A DNA stretch of 64,000 nt, from NCBI RefSeq assembly GCF_009914755.1, contig NC_060929.1. One strand, 5' to 3'. Below the pieces are notes generated by a model. The model made no database searches. It saw only the letters and a list, made by a program, of their open reading frames with translations, and was not told the DNA's origin. This stretch comes from the human T2T-CHM13v2.0 reference genome, Homo sapiens. A program made the position numbers and the translations under genes. Shown here in pieces: positions 56,831 through 64,000 of the stretch (position 1 is its first letter; each line of letters opens with the position of its first letter).

Positions 56831-58122
56831 GTAAATAGAAGATGTTGATTTTTTATCTTCTCATTCGTATTTCTTCTTATTTCTTGCTTTCCACAGAAAG
56901 GATATTCTCTGACTGGGCTTTGGAGTCAGACCTTTAGTTCCTCCCCCACTAATTAGCTGTGTGACACTCTGCAAATTATTTGGTGGTATCCCAGTGTGCT
57001 AATCTTATTTTTTTTCCTTCCCCCTGGTAAAAGAGATTAATAGTATCTCAAGAGTTATTGTGAAGGTTAAGTAAGGTCCCTAGCACGATGCCTAGGCCAT
57101 AATCCTTAATCAAGCCTTGATGAAAGCTAATTCCCTTCCCCTTGCAAGGCTTCAGGTTGTTATGTTGGTGGGATACGGGTCTCTAGTACCTTATGGCAGC
57201 CAAAACTTGTTCCTTTGTCCTTCTTGAGAGCATGTCTTCCCCTTGCAGCTGACTGAAGGTTCTATGGCTTACTAAGTTAAACAACAAAAAGAGAGAACAA
57301 GGTACCACAAAGCAAATAAACAAAACCTCTACCAGTGTTGTAATTTAAAACAGTCTCTGAGCTGGTGTTAGAGCAGGTGGGGCCATTAGTTCCCACTGAG
57401 CTGGCAGCATCCTCCCCAGAGCTCCCCAAGCTAGCTTCACACTTCTTAGTGGCTGTGACCATTAGGCCTCTCTGGGGTCCTCTTAGTTCTGGCAGCTGTT
57501 TAGTTCAGGGGGACTAAACAGCCATGGAGCTACCTAGAATCTTTTTCCCCAAGGTCTCCTGGGGCCTTCACTTTCCGGAAGAGGTTGAAAAATTTTTTTA
57601 AAAGACTTTTTTTTGTTTTTAAAACATATATTAAAAATCATGTCTGTGTTGGTGAGAAGAAGAGGGTATTTTTAAAATAAAGTACCTTCTGAGGGAACTT
57701 CTGTGGAATGGAGTGTGTGTGTGTGCGTGTGTTTCTTTTGGGAGATCAGCAGAGAACAGGAAGCAACTAAAGTGTTTTGCTTTGGTTCCCCTGTGGCCTC
57801 CATCTAGTTGCTGTAGTTGTACACACATACATCAACTTCAGATGCTGCCGAAGCTTGAGGCCATGGCCTCAAGTCCACAGAGGAGGACTGAGTTCTTCTG
57901 AGCTCTAGTGAGAGACCAGATGCCCATCCATTGTTCCCAGCTTTTGGAATATGTTCCTGTGTGCAGGTTCCCAGGTGCATTTTGGTGAGGAGAGAGATGC
58001 CTGGGGGGAAGGTACATTACAGTAGATTGCACCTGTCTCCATTACTACTTATTGCCGTCTGTTTGTAGTGTAGGGTTGGGGTGGAGGCTGCTGGCTTTGG
58101 AGACAGACAGGCCTGGATTTGA

Positions 58123-58778
<656 letters not shown>

Positions 58779-59779
58779 CTGAATCTCTTAAAGCCATGAT
58801 TTCTTCATGTGATACAGGAATAACAATGGCACCTGCCTCGTGGGGTTGGTGTGCTTAGTACCTGGCACACAGTGAGCACTCAGTCAGGGTTAGTACCAAA
58901 TCAGACCTTGGCTGTCTCCATTTGATGGTGAGTTCTTGCAGGGAAGGTCTTTCCCTTTATCATAACCTAAGTGCCCAGCACATGACCTAAGCACTTGATG
59001 AATAAATGAGTGATGAATGAATGAATGAAATCCCCAAAGCAGAATCACACTGTGACTAATTTTGTGACACACTTACCATTCTCATTTGACTGACATCCTT
59101 TGAAGACACCCCTTTGACATCATTTCCTTCTTGTCTACTCCTCTCCCTTAGAAAACTCTCCTGCATATATGTATTGCTTTATAAATTATCTTTCACAGGT
59201 ACCTTATTATAACTTGCTTTCTGTTTTTTATTCTTTCAAAGCGATGCTCTTATCCTCAAGACCACTGGAAAATAAAAAGAAATAAAAAAATTCTCAGGAA
59301 TTTATGGCAGATTTTGTTAGTATTTCTTACTGCTTAAAATATACATTTGACTAGAAAGCAGGAAAAACATTTGCTCTTTCAGGATTTATGTATAAAATTC
59401 TCTTGGGTCTCTAACATGGCATTCAATATACATCCTCAACTCTTCCCCTTCCAAACTTGAGTTAGGCTTAAGTTTTCATGTAGCTTCATCGTGTAGCTTC
59501 ATGACACCCAAATTTAAGATGGGCCATTACTGAGTTGGTTTAAAATATACATGATAACTTTCAAAGAGTGAAAATTAACCCATTGTCTCTTTTGTATTTG
59601 ACCTAGAAGATTACTATAACATACTATCTCATAAAGGGGAATAATTTGAGGCCAACTTTCCTAACTAATATTGTGATTATAAAGGGAAGACCCTGAAGCT
59701 TTTCTATTTCCGGAAGAAAAACCTCTTAAATTCTACTTTTCAGACATGATCAAACCAGGCTCTAATGCCACATTGGCAG

Positions 59780-59960
59780 CTTTAGAATCATAGAAAGAGC
59801 TGAAAGAGACCATAGTGTCACCCAGTCCAACCCCTTCATTTTGGAGAGACACCGTGTAGCTTAACTAGGATCACAGAGCTATTTAGCGGCAGAGTGGGGC
59901 CTAGAATCCAGATCTCCTTAATCATTGTTCGGCGATTTTTCCAATTCACCCAATACCTTT
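59780..59960 (-). mobile_element. MIR3/MIRc-like SINE
   Basis: agaatcatagaa..gagctgaaagagacc..agtccaaccccttcatttt..gcagagtggggcctagaatccagatctcct. Confidence 0.7.
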
Positions 59961-60199
59961 TCTCCTACAGTCAAGATTTAGAGGTTTTATTGACACATAT
60001 TCAGATATTGTTATTCTTAATTTAAAAAATTTAAAGATTGATGTGCGAAGATTGATATCATTGAGAAAATTCTATAGGCAGTGCTGGGGGTTGTGTTACA
60101 TTTCTCAAATTAAAATAAAAAAAATGAGGGACCAAACTAGATGTGTTTGGGATCATATTTGGCATGAGGATCAGCATTCGGTGACCCAATTCTTTATTT

Positions 60200-60860
60200 A
60201 GTTATGGAGACAAGTCTAGGGCATATATGAAACAGGTGAACAATATACAGCTGTTTTGTTAAGTGATACAGTACATGGTACAGAGAAAATGTTTATTGAG
60301 CAGTGCAGGAGGAAGAAAAGGTTAAATCTAGGTCCTGAAGAATGAGTATGGCTTTGTGTGCATTTGGAGAAGCAGGGCATTCCACTAAGAGCCAGCAGCA
60401 GCTGTTAAGTAGTGAAGGGACAATGGGCAGGGTGGAGCATGTCTTGCGTGTTCATGGGTGCCTGGCGAGGAAGCCAGTCTGACTGGAAAATAAGCCCAGC
60501 TGGTAGGGTGCTGTAAGATTATGCAGGACCTTAGAAGTGTGATAAAAGAGGTCAGACTTAGAGACCACAGGGAGCTGCACCTTGCATTTTGAGCTACAGC
60601 GTATCTTAACAGAGGCCTGTTTGATACTGTCACTTGGACAGTGTTTGGCAGTATGGGTTTGAAGGGTCTGGAAAACTACTTATGAGGCCCATGGGTATCT
60701 AGGCAGGAGATGGTAAAATGAGAGAGATAAGTACAGATAGAAAAGAAGAAGAAACTATGAATATATTTCAAAGGGAAAATCACTAGGGTAATTGTTTAGA
60801 TTTGGTAGATTGAGAGAAGAAACTATTCAAAGTCCTAGGCTTTTTGCCTGGCTGACCAAG
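60200..60860 (-). mobile_element. L2 fragment
   Basis: tcctgaagaatgagtatg; agattatgcaggacctt; ctaggctttttgcctg. Confidence 0.55.
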
Positions 60861-62278
60861 CTCAAAGAAGTTTGTGTCCTGAACTCCATTCCCTGCAAAG
60901 ATTAGAGTTTGAGCTGATTGCTCTACTAGAACCTATTCCTGGTTGGCAATCTTCCTGTCCTCATGTTTCAGATTACAGAGCCCTTGTCTTAAAGGCATGC
61001 CTTATTTCCCTCAAGGAAAAACTATTTGTAAGGAAGTTAGTTGGTTACTTGCACCTACTGTCTGATTATTGACTTTGCCACTTAGTTATCTTGTTGTTAA
61101 ATACACAGAAAAAGATCCCTGGAGCCCATTAGTCTCCACAGGTGGAAACGTATTTAATCTTTGGGAGAAAACCAAATTACTTACCTAGAATGTTTGTTCT
61201 CTGACTAATAATGTAGTCATGTTGATCCACCCCTTATGCCCAGTGAATTTCCAAAGATTTGGCATTGAGAGAGTGGCATTAGAAATTGTTTAACTCATAT
61301 ATATGACTAAGGGAGCCAGTAATACTCACTAGGAGACTGATGAAATTTAAGAAGATTCTAGGGCACAAAGGACTGCAAATCTTTTACAGTAGGGTGACCT
61401 TTTTTTTTTTTTCCTTTCTGGTCCAAGGGACATTTGATTCCATTACTGCCATATCTCCTTCTCCTGATATAGGCTGAAAATAAGATACACTTAGAAGAGA
61501 GCTGTGCTGCGAGTCTTTCTAATGCCAGCAAACATTTATGTAGTGAAATATTTAATACTTTCAGTGATCTTATGAGGTAGATAGAATTATCATTCCCATT
61601 TTACTGATAAAGATATGGAGAAAAGTTGAGAGAGGTGAAGTGAGCTGGGTGTTGAACGCTAGCTGTTTGACTTTAAATCATGACTTTTCCTCACTCTACT
61701 GTGAAGAGCTTGGGCAAGAAGTCAGGCTCAGCAAACCTGCCAACTTGTTTACATGTTTTATTTTTAAATTACGTGACATTGGTTCTCTACGGTTTGGACT
61801 TGTGTATTACAACAAGCAATACAGAGGCTTGCATATTACTCTCCATTGGCTGTTAGCTCTTGTGAAGTAATTAGGCTACAAAAGTCTTCCTTATAGTTAT
61901 TTAAATCATCCAGCAAACCCAAATTCTTGTTTTGCTTCTTACAATGGCCTGCTTGCCTTGAAAAAAATGAGTATTCCATTTCTCTTACTATATTTAGCTG
62001 CCTGGAATGGTAACTTCTTCTTGCTTTTTGGGACTTTGGCTCAGAGCCAAGGTCATTGTGCAAGAAAAGGGTGAAATGGTTGGATTTAGGCTGTATCTTG
62101 TGTCAGTCATTTTTGCAAATGCAGCATTTTGACCAAAATGCAGCCACATGGCTCTAGGAAATGCTGGTTTGCAAACACACTTGGTGTGGTTTGCTGTTTT
62201 GTTTTTTCTCCCCCAATTAAGGTTTCTTGATCAGCTTGTCTTTAGAACACTTGTAAAAGTGTTCTAAGGTAGAATTCT

Positions 62279-62591
<313 letters not shown>

Positions 62592-64000
62592 TTAACCTGT
62601 GGCAAATAATCAACAATACTCCTCATTTTAAGTTTGAAGAAGATATGCTAGGCACCAAAAAGAAATTGCATCTGAATATGATAGAATCATCACATTCCTT
62701 GACCAGAAGAGACCTTGGTTCTTTCTTCCTTGTCCCTATCTTCTTGACAAAGACCCACTGAAAACATCTTCAGAAAAGACATAACATTAAAAAAAAATCC
62801 TTAAAGAGAGCCCAACTTTTCCTTATTATTAATTCTAGTGTTTAGCAACTTGGATTGTATTTAAATAACAGAAAAAAGCAGTTGTTGACAAGGTTGATCC
62901 AACTCTGTAACCATATTCCTCTTTGTTTTGGCCAAAATATAGCCAGTTTAATTGATTTTGTAGACATCAGCTATTCAGATGGAAGAAGATACCAGAATGG
63001 GTTATGTGGTACTCAGGTCACAGTGAAAGACCTAACCTCATTATCAGTAACTTCATCCTTTACCTAATCTCAATCATGGAAGGTGTGATTCAAGTAAACT
63101 TCCTCTGAAGCTGCCCTAAAAGGAGGTAGAAATAGCTTTTTGCCATTTACTGTGCAGGGAACCTCCATGTATACTGGAAGATAAGGACAAGAAACTTTGG
63201 ATCTTTAGAATAAATCATCAGAGGCTCCTTTGCTGCTCAAGTCATTCAAATGACCTAAAGTTGTTCATTAAATGAAATAATGCTTGTAAACAATTGAGGA
63301 CAAAGCCCTACAGTCCTAAGGGCTTAGTAAAAGTTAACTGTTATTCTTATTTAGAGAGACTGGTCCCAGAGCTTTAACATCAGCCCTCCACTGTCTCAAT
63401 CCCTGCCACACAGAAAAGGACAAAGGAAGGTGATAGAACAAGACCCAGGGAAAGGGAGGGGAACAAAGCCATTGGCCTAACCATTCCTGCTGAACAACTG
63501 TCATTACTTTAGGGAAGAGGAATTCTTAGTCACTACCCAAACCTCTCTGTGTGATAGCTGCAATCTTGTTTCCATTTTATTTAGCCATTTAGTAAGCTAT
63601 TTCCTATATATCCACAGTTGACTGCATCATTCTCAAATCCTCTTGTTTGAAGGCCCAGTTTAAGACCCTTTCCATTACCGTCTGCAGCAGAAGTGTCTGA
63701 CTCCAGATGGCCTCTACCATCTGAATGAAGGGCTAGTTTTGGTTGGGTCCAGCAGATCCCTAAAGTACTTGATCACATGAAATGAAGTGACAACCCCACA
63801 CTAGTGATCTAAACAGGGCAGTGGCATTGTCTCTGTCAGAGCTGGTGAAAGATGCTACTCTTGGAAAAAATTCTTGCCAATAGACTCCTGTTGGCAGTCT
63901 TTTGCATTTATTCATGCATATGAGTCATAAAGATCATCGAAATTCTCCAGGGTCCTTTTAAAAAAATATAATTTCCTTTGCACTGCCACCTGATATTTTG

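Noticed and set aside
62855-63067. 70-aa ORF or possible exon in unique sequence
   Set aside because: Non-ATG start, no recognisable domain, weak donor (gtcaca).

Overview
This is AT-rich, CpG-depleted primate (human-like) genomic DNA that looks intergenic or deep-intronic. I see no credible host protein-coding gene, RNA gene or CpG island. The recognisable ORFs come from L1, ERV or Alu sequence, and the rest look like microsatellite or chance frames. Much of the window is interspersed repeat: L1 (L1MA-like, L1PA-like, old L1M fragments), Alu/FLAM/FRAM, MIR, L2, CR1/L3, MaLR and ERV LTRs (MLT1, MST, THE1, MLT2, MER57) and DNA transposon fossils (MER5, MER1B, MER2). The most notable structures are: (1) an internal inversion of an old L1 3' end with palindromes at both junctions (~1440-2280); (2) an ancient two-LTR ERVL provirus with PBS, protease, RT, integrase and dUTPase remnants (~25081-30557); (3) a ~500-bp inverted repeat inside an MLT2 microsatellite (~35760-36265); (4) a three-tier nested insertion with both TSDs readable; (5) two local dispersed duplications. 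I found no evidence of a novel biological system. Repeat subfamily names are recalled from consensus sequences, not from a search, and boundaries of old repeats are approximate.
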